The position numbers and the translations under genes were made by a program. 64,000 bases of DNA from Lingula anatina (lineage: Eukaryota > Animalia > Brachiopoda): positions 17,550,848 through 17,614,847 of the forward strand of contig CM120643.1 in assembly GCA_051362555.1 (NCBI GenBank), written 5' to 3'. Within the stretch, counting starts at the first letter, position 1. The number at the start of each line of letters is the position of its first letter. This document shows, in pieces, positions 1 through 12,535 of this stretch. The notes under the pieces are model-generated. The model did no database searches. It saw only the letters and a list, made by a program, of their open reading frames with translations, and was not told the DNA's origin.

Positions 1-131
1 CTACCACTAGAATTATTACTTGGAATCAGTTCTAGACCTGTCTAGTGATAAGAAGTTTTTCTAGTGATATTTCAAAACAGGGCCAACTATCTTATATCAG
101 CCTAAAGTCAAGTCTTCTTGTAAAAAAAAAA
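1..131. repeat. ~130 bp local direct duplicate, copy 1 (may extend left of the window)
   Basis: Near-identical to 1175-1305 (CTACCA..AGAATTAT..ACTTGGAATCAGTTCTAGACCTGTCTAGTGATAA...GTCAAGTCTTCTTGT followed by an A-run). Confidence 0.9.
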
Positions 132-1174
132 TCGTTAAATTAGTGCCATTTCAATGGAGTTGTAACTTAGAACCAGTTAAGGTCTACAATCAGACATGGG
201 CATTCCCATGTATAAGGACAATGTTCTGCTAAGGTTGCTTAGTCCACATTATTGATCAAATACCTGACATGAGCAGGCTAAGCTTTGCCCTTTTTCTCCA
301 CTTTTTTTACAGATTCTATGTGAAACTGGGCCCAGTCCTAATGCAGCCCTGATCATATCTAGTGTGAATTTACAGGAAGTATCTTTGTGACTAAATTGAA
401 TCATGGACTTGCGGGTAAAAAAGACGAGTAATCAATTTTCCTCCTCAGATCTTTGGCTTGTTAATCTAATCCAGGGCATCCCAGCTGTTCTGGGTCTTTC
501 TTTTTCTGTCGAAAAATACCTCAGAAGAAGAACTTTTCAAGCTCGTTTTCATGGATCAAATTTATTGATCCCTGTAAAATAAAATCAGATAATCAATTTA
601 AACTATCCTGTGTGCATGGGGGAAGTGTGAAAAGAGCCAACCATTCACAAATGATACATACTTTATTTAGATCAAACATTTTTTGGTAGTTTACTTTTAC
701 TTAAAGTTAATAATGACAACAAAAATAATTTCCCTTGTACATCTAATTGCATGTGTCTGTCAGTTAGTATAAAAGTAATAATGATATTCAGTTGGAATTC
801 GATGTATTCAATTACATTTACAGTCTCTACATTACACATTACTAATACACATTAATATGCAAGCTATATTTCATTTACAAATTTTGATGATTGACATTAA
901 GTCAATTCACAAAGTCAAAAGTCAAATGGCATAAATACTAATAACTACATGATTTAGTATACAATTTTTATAGTACCCAAATATCCAAACAACTTCTTAT
1001 GCATCATCCATAAGGCATAGGCATAACAGCATTTGTCAAGCATAACAACACAGCAAGATATCATTCTCCCTGGCCAAAATATATGATAAGCATTGTCCAC
1101 AAGCCATATACTGTAAACAATAATTTCATCACTGAAAAATAGCTGTGACAGCATCCTCCCTACATTTACAGTGA

Positions 1175-1305
1175 CTACCAATAGAATTATAACTTGGAAT
1201 CAGTTCTAGACCTGTCTAGTGATAATAAGTTTTTCTAGTGATATTTCAAAACAGGGCCAACTATCTTATATCAGCCTAAAGTCAAGTCTTCTTGTAAAAA
1301 AAAAA
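1175..1305. repeat. ~130 bp local direct duplicate, copy 2
   Basis: Matches 1-131 with a few substitutions, offset 1174 bp, and ends in an A-run. Confidence 0.9.
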
Positions 1306-2065
1306 CATTATTAACTGCCACTTCCCCCCAAAAAAATCTCAAGCAGCAAATTGTTAAAAGGACTCTTCCTTGTTTTATCTGTAGATTAATACTTCGTTTT
1401 TGTAATCTGAGACAAGCATCAACGGGGACAAACTTCAAAAGTAGCGGCCAGGGTATGTTATACAAACTCATTCATATACTTGCATACAACAGGTCCAGTG
1501 ACCCACGTCATGAGAGCAACCCTGGCTTTATAACGTTTTGGTCTTGACACACATACTAGACTGGGTCCGTCCTTTATCATGTCATTGCAAAGCCTCAGGT
1601 ATTTCACCTTGTGTGATACCATCATTGTTATGGTCAACCATTGTTATAACCATACCTACATATCCTATGTACATTCCTCCATAAATCTACCTCTCCTACT
1701 CAGGCTCATAGAACATGATACCAGCTGTCATTTACTTGATTAATGATTCTATTATTAAACTAAACTAGCCAGTATAAATCAAAAATGAAATATACTATAA
1801 TTATTGACGTTATCAATATCATCATTTCGACATTTGAAACAAATTAGTCACTGATTAAAACATAATGGGTTTGGTCTGAATATTTCCAAAATGCCCGAGA
1901 GATTTACACTATGCTCGTTCATGTTTATTTTGGAAATATTAACATTAACGCGTCCAGTTTGTAAATATTCATTGGCACTGGGAAAACTGTCCTTGTTTAT
2001 TCATTCCTTCTCTCAGTCACTGTCTGACAGTTGACTCGGTACAAATCTCCTCGACCTAAACTCAC

Positions 2066-2192
2066 GTTTTGCGTCCAAAATAATACAAACTGAGCAACAA
2101 TAACCTACACGTTCTATAGTGTAAACTAAACTGTACAATTCTAGGTCACAAAAATAAAGAATAGGTCATTTGAGAAGGTCCTTACCCGACAT
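2066..2192 (-). other. Putative first micro-exons of a minus-strand transcript divergent from CCDC82-like
   Basis: ATGTCGG|GTAAGG at 2192-2186, then tag|GTTATTG...GCAAAAC|GTGAGT at 2104-2066, giving MSGYCCSVCIILDAK. Splice sites are canonical, but no confident downstream coding exon was found. Confidence 0.35.
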
Positions 2193-2199
2193 TTCTGCA

Positions 2200-2350
2200 A
2201 AAAATAACAAATTTCACCGCCAGACTTGTCGCTTTCTTCCCGCATGCGTATAACAAGCCAGGAAGCGGACGTCTCGTTATTTCTCGCGTTATTAGAATCT
2301 CGCTATCAAAACAAAAAATTGGTGGGAAATGTTGGAGGTTTATAAGAAGG
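2200..2350. promoter_or_regulatory. Probable CpG-rich bidirectional promoter and CCDC82-like 5' UTR exon
   Basis: Local CpG cluster with CCAGGAAG (ETS-like) and TCTCGCG motifs. A + strand donor AAG|GTAAAC lies at 2349/2350 and an acceptor TTTCACAG at 2561, just before ATG 2569. Confidence 0.5.
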
Positions 2351-2568
2351 TAAACAAAATTGTGTTATACTAGATTTATTGAATGTAAATGCTGATTTAT
2401 CGAGTTCAGAGGAATGTTTCTCATTAGACCCATGTCTAACATGTTTAAGTGTTTGGAAAAGGTGTCTCTTACACTTTGATTGCTTTGCAACTCCGTGGTT
2501 TCGTCTCACTCTCTCTCTCTCTCAATCTGTGTGTCTATCTATGAGTCTATCTATTTCACAGTGACACG

Positions 2569-5500
2569 ATGCCGGGAAATACTAGTAGTTCAGCACACAA
2601 AAAGCGCATTCGGATCCAAGACGTGTCAGATAGTGAGGATAGTGTATGCAGAAACAGCTCCGACTCGGATGACGAGGTCGTTCACAGTGCCAAGAAGAAA
2701 AGCAGAAGACTGCAGCTATCTGACGACGACGAAGAAGAAAAGGAAAATAGACAGTCTGATGAAGATGGAGGTAAAAAAGGTGGTAACGCAACATGTCACC
2801 TATGCAAATCTAAACCTAACTTTTCACACAAAATACCCATCTGTCCAATTTGCTAACTTGAACTTCCTTAAAGATCTTGCATGCTGTGTACTTCTGAATT
2901 TTATATTATGACTCCCATAAATAATCTGCAAGTTAAATGGAGCAAAAGTAGTAAACTGACCCAGTGAGAGAACAGTATAGATTTTTTCTTGTGACTACTG
3001 TACATAATATTTTATAAAACCAAAACTACAGTAAACAAGAATTCCAGTCAAGAAAAACGATTTGTAAAAATAAAATCATGTTCATTAATAAGTTACAAAT
3101 TAATCACTAGGAGAACCAGAAGAGGATGATTCACACAGAAAAAGCTCTCGGATCAACTTAATGGAAGGAAGAAAGCGCAGACAATCTTTGGTGTTTGAAA
3201 AACTAAAGACACCAAAGCGAGAAAGATTAGAAGCTGTTGGTAAAGATGACAGTGACCATGATGAACCTGATGAAAGTGACTATAACAGAGTGAGTGTAAC
3301 ATAAGGCTTAAATTTAGTTCATAAAATAAGTAAAATGCTACACATTTTTCAAATTATTATATTAGTCTTTCTTATTAAATCATAATTAATCATCAAAACC
3401 TTAACATCATTATGGATTCTGATGCTTGATGGTTTCATCAGAAAATGTTTTGAAAGTAGGACCAAATACCACAGAACGGCCCATATAAGAAAACTACTTA
3501 AGACATTTTTTAATTAACTTTCCTCAGTAGTAGACAAGATTTACCAGGAAACTAATTATCCTACCTGTTCAAAAGAGTACCCAAGTGACTACTGACATTT
3601 GTCTAACTTGAATATATTACATGTGTTTAAAGTTCGAAGTTGAGTCAGATGCTGACAGCAACCTTTGGGTTGTTTTTCATGCAGAGCTTTATTTTCAGTA
3701 TTTTTGTGATTGAAAAGAAATAAATGTTGCTCTGGCTTCTTTTGACCTTATAGATAAAAACCAGTGAAGATGACACCGATGAAGACAGTCAGTCAGGTTT
3801 TGTAGTGTCTGATACAGAAGAAATTGAAATAGAAGAGGAAGGGGAGGAAGAAGAGGAAGAGATTTCTCCAACAAAAAAAGTTTCTTTGAAGCACAGCAAA
3901 AAGCCAGTGATAGATGATGATGATGATGATGAGGATGAAGAAAAAGATGAGAATGGTGGAGCAGAAGTCAGTGATTCAGATAGCATAAAGATGCTTTCGT
4001 CTAGGTAACAGCTGAAGACTCATTCCTTTTTAGAATGGAATTATTGGAAGTTTTCCATTCAGTATTAAGAACTGCTAATATTGCTTCTAATATGTGGGTA
4101 CGCCAAGTCTGACAACATCTTTAATGCCCAAGAACATTCAGATATTTCATTTGATATAGCAGAGTAATGATTTTTTACATATTTAAGTCAAGTGTTTACA
4201 TTATGGGCTAACAAGTTTTTTAAACTTCCAACAATTTTTGTGCCAATAAGCAATGGATATTTTAACTGACTTTATAGGGAAATGATAGTTGTTAAGCTAT
4301 ATACTTATTTCATATTTGAAAATTCAAGTCAAATATTTACAATAATTCAAGTAAGAAAGTTACAACCTATTCAAAGTGTACATATTGTAACACTGTCTAT
4401 ATTTTCTTCTTTTTTTATATTTTACTTCCAAACTTTTTTTTTTGGTCTTTAAGTTCTCTTTCATTTATTGTATTCAAGTTCTGACTCAGAATCTGATGCA
4501 TCAGATGAAGAAGACAACGTCACAGACATCCACAAGACTGCTGAGGTAGGCAATCACAACACTGATATAACTAGGGTAGAAATATGGATTACATGACAAC
4601 TATCTATAAAAGTAATTTTTCTGTAGGTAGACTCAAATATGGAGGATGGAACAACAAAGATTATTTGGAAGACTATCAGAAAATATATCTGGTCCGTCCC
4701 TATATTTATACATAGTTTTTTAATTTTGCTCTCCAGATGCCTTGGAAGACCACACTGACCACCTATGAAGCATTCATGTTGGTTTTGGAGATGTTACTTA
4801 ATGCTGTATTCGATCCTGAATTTTTACATCCTTGGAATCTGGAAAATCATAGTGAGTTTTTATCAAGTTTTTTCATTATTTCAAATATTTTATATATTTG
4901 TATTGCTTTTGATGATGTCAGTGGCATGAAGTTATTTTGAAGTTTTTAAGGTGCTTAATCTGTCCCTGGCACTAAGTCTTACTGTTGTATTTTAGATATT
5001 ACTAACAGGTCCACATTTGAAAAAGTCGCTTATAGTTTAAAATACAACTTGGAGCATTATATGAAATATTCTGCTGTTACCTTCTATTATATTATTGAAC
5101 AACACTGGTGACTTTTGAATTTATTTTTTACTTTAACACAAGTGAATTTCTTCATTGAGAGACAAAATCTTATTGCTCCAAAATGCTCTATTTCGGGTCT
5201 TTCTGTTCTGGTGTCATGTTAAAATCATCTTTCAGATTCTGTCATTCGCCCTGCGTTCCAGAAGATTTCGGATGAAGTTCATGCCAGGAAAGTCATAGTG
5301 GACAGCCAGGCCTGGGGCAGGGCATACAGGGTGAATATCAGGGTGTTGTTTTAGATTTTGTTCTCAATGGTTTAACCAGCCTACAAACTCCTTGTATTTA
5401 GATCACTATTAGGGCTAAAGGACAGGACTTTGGCTTCTTAAATTGCTAGTTTATTTATTGTTCAATCATATTTATATTCTTTTGCTTTCTTTTTATGTAT

Positions 5501-7881
5501 GTAGGAAGCTCTGGAGAGCCATCCTCGTATGAAAGAAAGCGATTTAAGTTATTCAACAACTGATTGTGAGGTAAGATAGTACTTGAGTTATTTATTATCC
5601 TCTGCGTTTCAGAGGTAATCTTTATCATTATTAAATATTCTCTTATAATAAAACTGACTCGCCTGCCCATATAGGTTAGTATCAGAGAAAGTGTGCTTGG
5701 TGAGATTCTTTGGTCAGTCCTGAATCTCATCTTGACAAGTTTTCCATTAGCACTGGACCCCCACCCCAGCTCCCCCTCCCACCTTACACCATACCTCACA
5801 CAATGGGAATGTCTTCAGTTTGAAGAAAGGCTAATACTTGCTTACAACAACACTGGAGACACTGTTATCAAACTGTATAAATCTTTTCACTTTTTCATTG
5901 ATCAGTTTTAAATTAGACAAATTATCATATGATCTGATTTTCCTAGAACCAAAATTTTAATCTGTTCAGCTAGGTAAATTGTCTTATTAATCATATGTTA
6001 TGTGTCATATGTAAGTATGAGCTTAATCAGCATGTGAAAATTGATATTGTAACACTTTGGCTATAGAGAATGCTGATATCTGGAGAGATTTTGATTTAGT
6101 AAATTAGTGCATGTTACCATGACCACAAGAAATTATTATGTAAATTCTTATGGTTCACGAAAACTAATATTTCATGTAAAGTTTTTCAAAGCAAAAATAT
6201 CAATTTAAAGGTTTACTTTTTTTATGAAAAGGCTTGCAACCGTAGAGATCATCCTGCCACAAGGGACATCTTGTTTACAGGGAACATGTATGACGAGGTC
6301 ACATTACAACCTTTGGGGGAGGAAGAGGAACAGGAAAGTGACAGTGGAGAAGAAAGGGAAGAAAAGTACAGGGTAAATGTCAATTTATTTTCTCAGTGGT
6401 TGCAGTTTTAAGGTCAAAAAGTCCAAGTGATTTTTTAGTTTCCTTAATGCACAGTAATGATCTGAGTTATTTTTCTTCAGTTTTGAGGTGTAACTAAGTG
6501 GTTTAAGTAATTAACTCTTACATATTCAAAATAAGACATCATTGCATGCTTGCTACAGATGTTGAGCAGTCAGTCACAAGGTTTGAATGTGGTCTCACAA
6601 GATTCATTAACATGTGCCATCTAGGCAGTCATTAACTTGCAAGTTGAATACCTGTTAGCTTCCCTAAGATAGAACATTTTAATGGCATATAAGCACAGTG
6701 AGTTTAATTTTTAGGGGGATAATCCAGCCAATGGGTCCATCTTTGAGGTTGGAAGGCACTGTGCCACAAGGTCGTCTCTGTACCATTGTTTATATCACTA
6801 CAAATATGACTTGATGGTGGCTTGTAGAAAAAAGGTGGGTTTTTTTATGAAAGCATGTCAGTGTGTGTGTGTGTGTGTTAGGGAAGAGGTATTAAATAAC
6901 ATGCCAGGGTTTACTGGTCTGAATCTTGCCACAAATTCCTCTTTGTGTGACTATAAACGTGACTTGATTTAGGCATGGCAAAAAATGAATGTGTGATTGT
7001 TAGGTGTGTTCTTGCCTTTGTGTTGAGACAGAGGTGATCATACCATGCCAGGGTTTACTGGTCTGAATCTTTAAAACCTCCATGCAGACCCCAGGTTGTC
7101 TAGAGTTCTGATTTATGGTGTTTTCACATCGCCCTAACTTCCTAAGTTTCAAAGATACTTTGAGCGTAACTTCCAGTTTTAATATGTCAGTGCCCTCTCC
7201 AGTTTGAGATAAGTTTTTAGTAATCAAGGAACCTCAGGGTGTTTTTACCAATAATAGCCAGGTATATTGTTCATATCACAATTTTTCTTTCTGATGGGTT
7301 TTATTTAAGGTGAAAAAGATGCAGACGAGGTTCCCTGATGATGAATCCAGTGACATTATTATCAAATGCATGGGTGACAAGTTATGGATAGAAGACGTAA
7401 GCTTGTATATGCACAAACTGTAAACACAATTCAAGTATGGAATAAAGACCAAAAAAAAATTAATAGAAAGTTGCAAATGATATTTTTGACCAAAATGATG
7501 AAGGAGGCCAAAGTTGGTACAGAATTTTTGAGTGACTGACCAGGTTTAAGAGAACCCTGCCTAAATTTCATATAGTTTTTAAAAGCCATTTTATAACATT
7601 TTTATATTTACAACTTGTTACCGCTCTTAAATTTAATTTATTGGCCTGAATATTTTTTTAAACATTTTTGTCAAATTTTTTAAAATGTTGTCTTAGCCTG
7701 TGTGAAAACTTTAGAGTAGATTAATTTACACCTTTTTTTATTTGTATTTCAGCAATTTAAATTCCTACAGTCATGTCTAAATGCTGCAGAGCAGTACACT
7801 GAAGATGCCAAACCTGATTCAAGTAATTTGGGCAAAAGATGGCGCCCACGTACAAGAGTAGGAGGATTAGGGTTCAGATAA
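2569..7881 (+). CDS. CCDC82: Coiled-coil domain-containing protein 82-like (acidic N-terminus plus DUF4211-type C-terminal domain)
   Basis: Phase-consistent exons 2569-2770 (or 2782), 3111-3289, 3754-4004, 4479-4545, 4737-4851, 5236-5330, 5505-5570, 6232-6372, 6715-6834, 7310-7396, 7753-7881 (TAA). A D/E/S-rich N-half is followed by SQAWGRAYREALESHP, CEACNRRDHPAT..LFTGNMYDEVTL and FEVGRHCATRSSLYHCLYHYKYDL, motifs typical of CCDC82/DUF4211 proteins. Confidence 0.8.
6900..7051. repeat. Intronic degenerate ~124 bp tandem duplication
   Basis: Exact 28-mer CATGCCAGGGTTTACTGGTCTGAATCTT at 6900-6927 and 7024-7051. Confidence 0.8.
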
Positions 7882-8001
7882 AGTTGTGTTAAGAAAGATA
7901 CACTTACACGACAATTAAAAAAAAAACAGTGTTTAATACTATTACATCTTATAAGCTCTGTAGTATAATCAGACATTCAGTTGATACAACAAATGTTTGC
8001 T

Positions 8002-8036
<35 letters not shown>

Positions 8037-8824
8037 CTACAACTAGACCTACAAGTAACAGATTTAAAAAACTGAAAAACTTTTTTTAGATATATTGGTT
8101 TTATCTTCATATTTTCTGTATCTGGTTTTTATGTGATATTCATTACAACTGTTTTGTACTTCTATAATTTTGTAAGGCAGGTTATTTTCCAGAACCTCTT
8201 TCATTTAAAAGACTAAATGTGATAATATATTATTACTGTCACATCAGAAAAACGGGGTGCACAATTTTTCAAACGCCACTCCCAAATATTTCCACACCCC
8301 ATTCCCATAATTTAGTGCATTTAACAGTGCTTAAAGGGGCTTTGTTATTTTTGTAACTATTTTCATTTATTTTTCAAAAAGGAGCATAGTCACACATGCA
8401 TGTGCATGCACTCTCCATCAAGTGTGCATTCGCAGTGCATACAGGGTACAGTCATGAGGAAGGGAGGGCAGTTTCTGATGATACCACGCATGCACACACT
8501 AGCACATGCTCAGGCTTGCACACACACACCTATGTTGACTGATTTCTCATTAGTAATACCACTTCAGGCACAGGGACAAAACCTGCAGTAAACATGCACT
8601 GTATAACTTTCTGCCAGCTGTAGGTGAGAGAAAGAGATCAGGCTGATAGATTTCTGTTAGGCACAGATGTGTAATATGATGTATGGCCTTTGTTTAGTTT
8701 TCCAATTATCTGCACATTACGTGAAGTGCAGGCTCAGATGTTTCTGGATTTTGGATTTTTTTTTTTTTCGTGTTTATAGTTCTTGCATTGTTAAAGGTAT
8801 ATTGATTATATAGATTTTGCAAAT

Positions 8825-8827
<3 letters not shown>

Positions 8828-8897
<70 letters not shown>
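8828..8897. repeat. (TA)n microsatellite with (TATG) tail
   Basis: Seen directly in the sequence. Confidence 0.95.
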
Positions 8898-9720
8898 AAT
8901 GATTATTTAGATTTTGCAATTGGTTGTTTTAAATTTTTCTTACCAAAGTGACTTTGTGATATTTAATCTTTTTTTGTTTGTTATATTTTAATTGTTATAT
9001 ATTGTTTTGATTTTGATTATCTCATAATTGGGGTGAAATGATTGTATTTTCTGCATTCCTATGAGTATTATAGAAATTTAGGAAAATAATCTTTCAATCA
9101 GTCTTAATTTGTTCTGTTTTTTTTTTTTTAATTATTTATTTTTTTTACAAAGTCCATTACCCAACAATTACACAAAACAATGACAAATTATATTATACAA
9201 TACTGAAAATTATAAACATGCTTCAGCATTTCCATTATGAAGTACAATTTATTGTTCTTTACTTTTTGTCCTCTACTTTTTGTCCTCTTTTAGTAATGCA
9301 ATATGGAAAAAAATGGTATAAACATGGGCTGCTTTGCAAAATTTTCTTTGTTTCTTTATTTGCTTATATATATGTTTTAGCATGTTTATTTGTTATACAC
9401 CAGCATTCTATTTCCTTTGCTCATCAATTTTTTTAACATTTAAAGGCAGTTTTCTAATTAAAAAAAAAAAAAAAAAAACTGGAAAAAACAATGAGAGGAT
9501 TCAAGCATGTTTAGGTGAAGATCCAAGATGGTAAGTTGTACTGGTAATTTGTCCAAGCCATATCCTTTGTCTGCCTGTCACGGAGCTCCAAGCCTTATTT
9601 TAGTTTGTTCTCAGACACAAACAACTAGGTTCTAGATCAAACAGTTTCATTTTGACCGATCTATCAATAGTGGAAATGCATAGATTTGAATTGGTCAACA
9701 CGCTTTTAAGTCCTTTGTGA

Positions 9721-11120
9721 CTAATATTCCACCGGTGCAAATAAATGCCCGTTGGAGCTATTAATTGCCTACAGAACATCGTATCTTTTTGCCCAGGGAA
9801 GCTTTGACGAATAGTCTTCTGCATCTGAATTATTAAGGACTATTATGTAAGCGTCGACAAAAAGAATGAAATATGTTTTCTGCAAACTCTGGTTAGCCAA
9901 GTTGCCTTAGCGCACCTAGATAGCTAAAATGTATTTATCGATTTTATGCTCTTTTTTTACGGCTGTGAAAATATGTTTTTCTCTATTATCTTCTGTTTAA
10001 TGGTACGCTCCACAAAGGTAATTCTGAAACGCATTCAAATTTCAGGAGGAAAACGGCAACACAGTCTCTCGGGGAATTAGATTAATTAGATCTGCGACCC
10101 GTTTTACAGAGGTTACGGTTGTGGCGATTATACCTTCCAATAATTACACCAAACAAGTATAAGAACTTCTGGCTTAAAAAGAACATATTGGAAAACAATG
10201 GCATCGTCGATCCATTCATCTTGATTAAGGCAATATGGATATGCAAATCGAGTTACAACTTGCTGAATTCCCTGAGAGCGTGAGAGTCCAAGTCGAGGTG
10301 TCTGCGCTCTCTGAAACCCGCGCTCTTGTTTGTGAATGTATGCGGCAACCAAAAGATAGGAACATCCCCCCCTTCCCCTCAAACTAAAACTCCCTTCATC
10401 TACTCAAAAAAATACAGTCGCTCCACATGGAAGAGCAGTGTGTCACCCGTTGACTCCCAGGGTGTCCCCACGTCAAAATGAGACTGGCTAATTTAACTGT
10501 CATCGTTATCACAGTAACACACGTCAAAAACAGCCTGCGTTTATCTCACACTTAAAACAATCTGGATCTTTTTTAACGTGGTGGCACGCTGCACGAGTTC
10601 TCTTTCAGAGCAAATGTAAACTGTGGCGATGATTCAACGGTGATTATTACTCGGTATTAGTAACTTCACTTTAGCGTAATGATTACAACGTGTAAGGTTA
10701 ATGTTAGCGCAGAGTTGAATCATGACAGCTTTTATGCAGATATATCCGAACTCCATGGATTTCAGGTATACACATACACATAAACATTGTTTAATTTAGT
10801 AGATACATGTAACTTTAGATCTGGCCCCAGAAAACGGTGCTTTTAATTGATTTATAAAATTTTAGTTTTGTTTGTAAATTTTACCTTTGCTCAAAATTAT
10901 TTTTATCCATCCACTGAAAGGATTGAATAAAATCTATCTGGAGATATCTCTATTTAGCTGTGAACGGACTGCAAATTGATTTTTTTCGCAGCAAGGCATC
11001 CACAGTGCAATAGAGGTTTCATGGAATAAAACGGAAGTTCGCAGCAACGACTAGTATTCTGATGACTTGGACTACAGCATATGCACCGCAAAGAAGTGTG
11101 CACGAGCGCGCGCGCGCGCA

Positions 11121-11156
<36 letters not shown>

Positions 11157-12490
11157 CCACCTTACAGGAAAACAATGCAAGAGGGCTGCCTTCACGATGC
11201 GTTTGATGAATGTTGCATGAACAGAACATAACTCTTTATCAATTGATGACATGTCAGACACAAAGGGATTCATCAATTTCATATAACCAATACATAACTC
11301 ATTCTGCATTCCTGTCAGATGTAGCTGTCGTTCTTGGTATTTTATGTCTTTCTGTGTCAGTTTGAACCCTCGCACTTCTTAAATGTACGTTTCGTTATTT
11401 TACATTGCGGAAACGGCATTTAATTGTTTGATGTTTACAATGTTTTGACTGGAAACTGCGCTAGAAGTAACGCAAACGTGTCCCCCATTTCAGGATTACT
11501 GCTTGTTTCGTCGTTTATACATGTATATCAATCCATCTATATATCTATTTCTTTCTTTCTTTCTTATTTTTCTTATTTTTGTTCAAGGAGAAACGCTGTC
11601 TCAATGAACATGGTGTCTGTCAGTCGACTTTATGTTGAAAATGTCGAGCATGAATCAGATCTTTTAAAGACCAAAACAGCCTCGACGTTAATATAGTCCA
11701 TCCACCCATGCACTTGTCAATCAGAACATTACTCAAAAGCCCCTGTTAACCTTCTTGCTTCACAAACGGCTCTCAGTGATATTTTATTTAAATCTATTCT
11801 ACCTTTTTTCATTTACCGGGAAATGCGTAGCGTTTCGAGTCTGTGTAACATTGGCCTTTCACAATTGCTTCAATACCCCGAAACATTCTTCATAGAAATT
11901 AGAATCAGCTACAAAAACAACAGGCACAAAAACAACAGAGAGGTTGCATCTTTCTTACAGCGCCCCTCACAATTTGTTTGTATTTTCTCCATTCACTTTC
12001 ATATTTTCGAGAAACGGTATAGACATGCCATCAACCAACCGTGTTTACTACTAGCTACTCTTTGCCAAATTGATTAGGTTCATTACACAGAAAAGGAGAT
12101 ACTAGCTTAGACGCTTATCCTGAATTTACGAGACGCTGACATTAAATTGTCCTCTGTGTTAAGAATAAAATGCCATTTCTTCAGAGGCGCGTTATTGTTA
12201 AAAAAACAAGAACAAGCAAAAAAAAAATGTCCGTGTAGAAATATTGGGTTAATCAATATTCTCAGCATAATATCAATAATCAGCTGTTTAGAATGTTATT
12301 GATTGTGGAATAGTGGTAATTTTGAGAAGAAAATTTGTGAAATGTGCAGAAACGGATAGAACTGATTATCCTATTAATTGTTCAAGCTAATTGGTATCAC
12401 GTTATCTCAGTCTTAAACCAATTATTTCTTAATTATTTAGTCACATTCACAGATTGACATCAATGGATCCTCTATAGCATTGATTATGGG

Positions 12491-12535
<45 letters not shown>

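Noticed and set aside
1175-1305. Possible intronic snoRNA in the duplicated segment
   Set aside because: No correctly spaced C/D boxes or H/ACA two-hairpin architecture on either strand.
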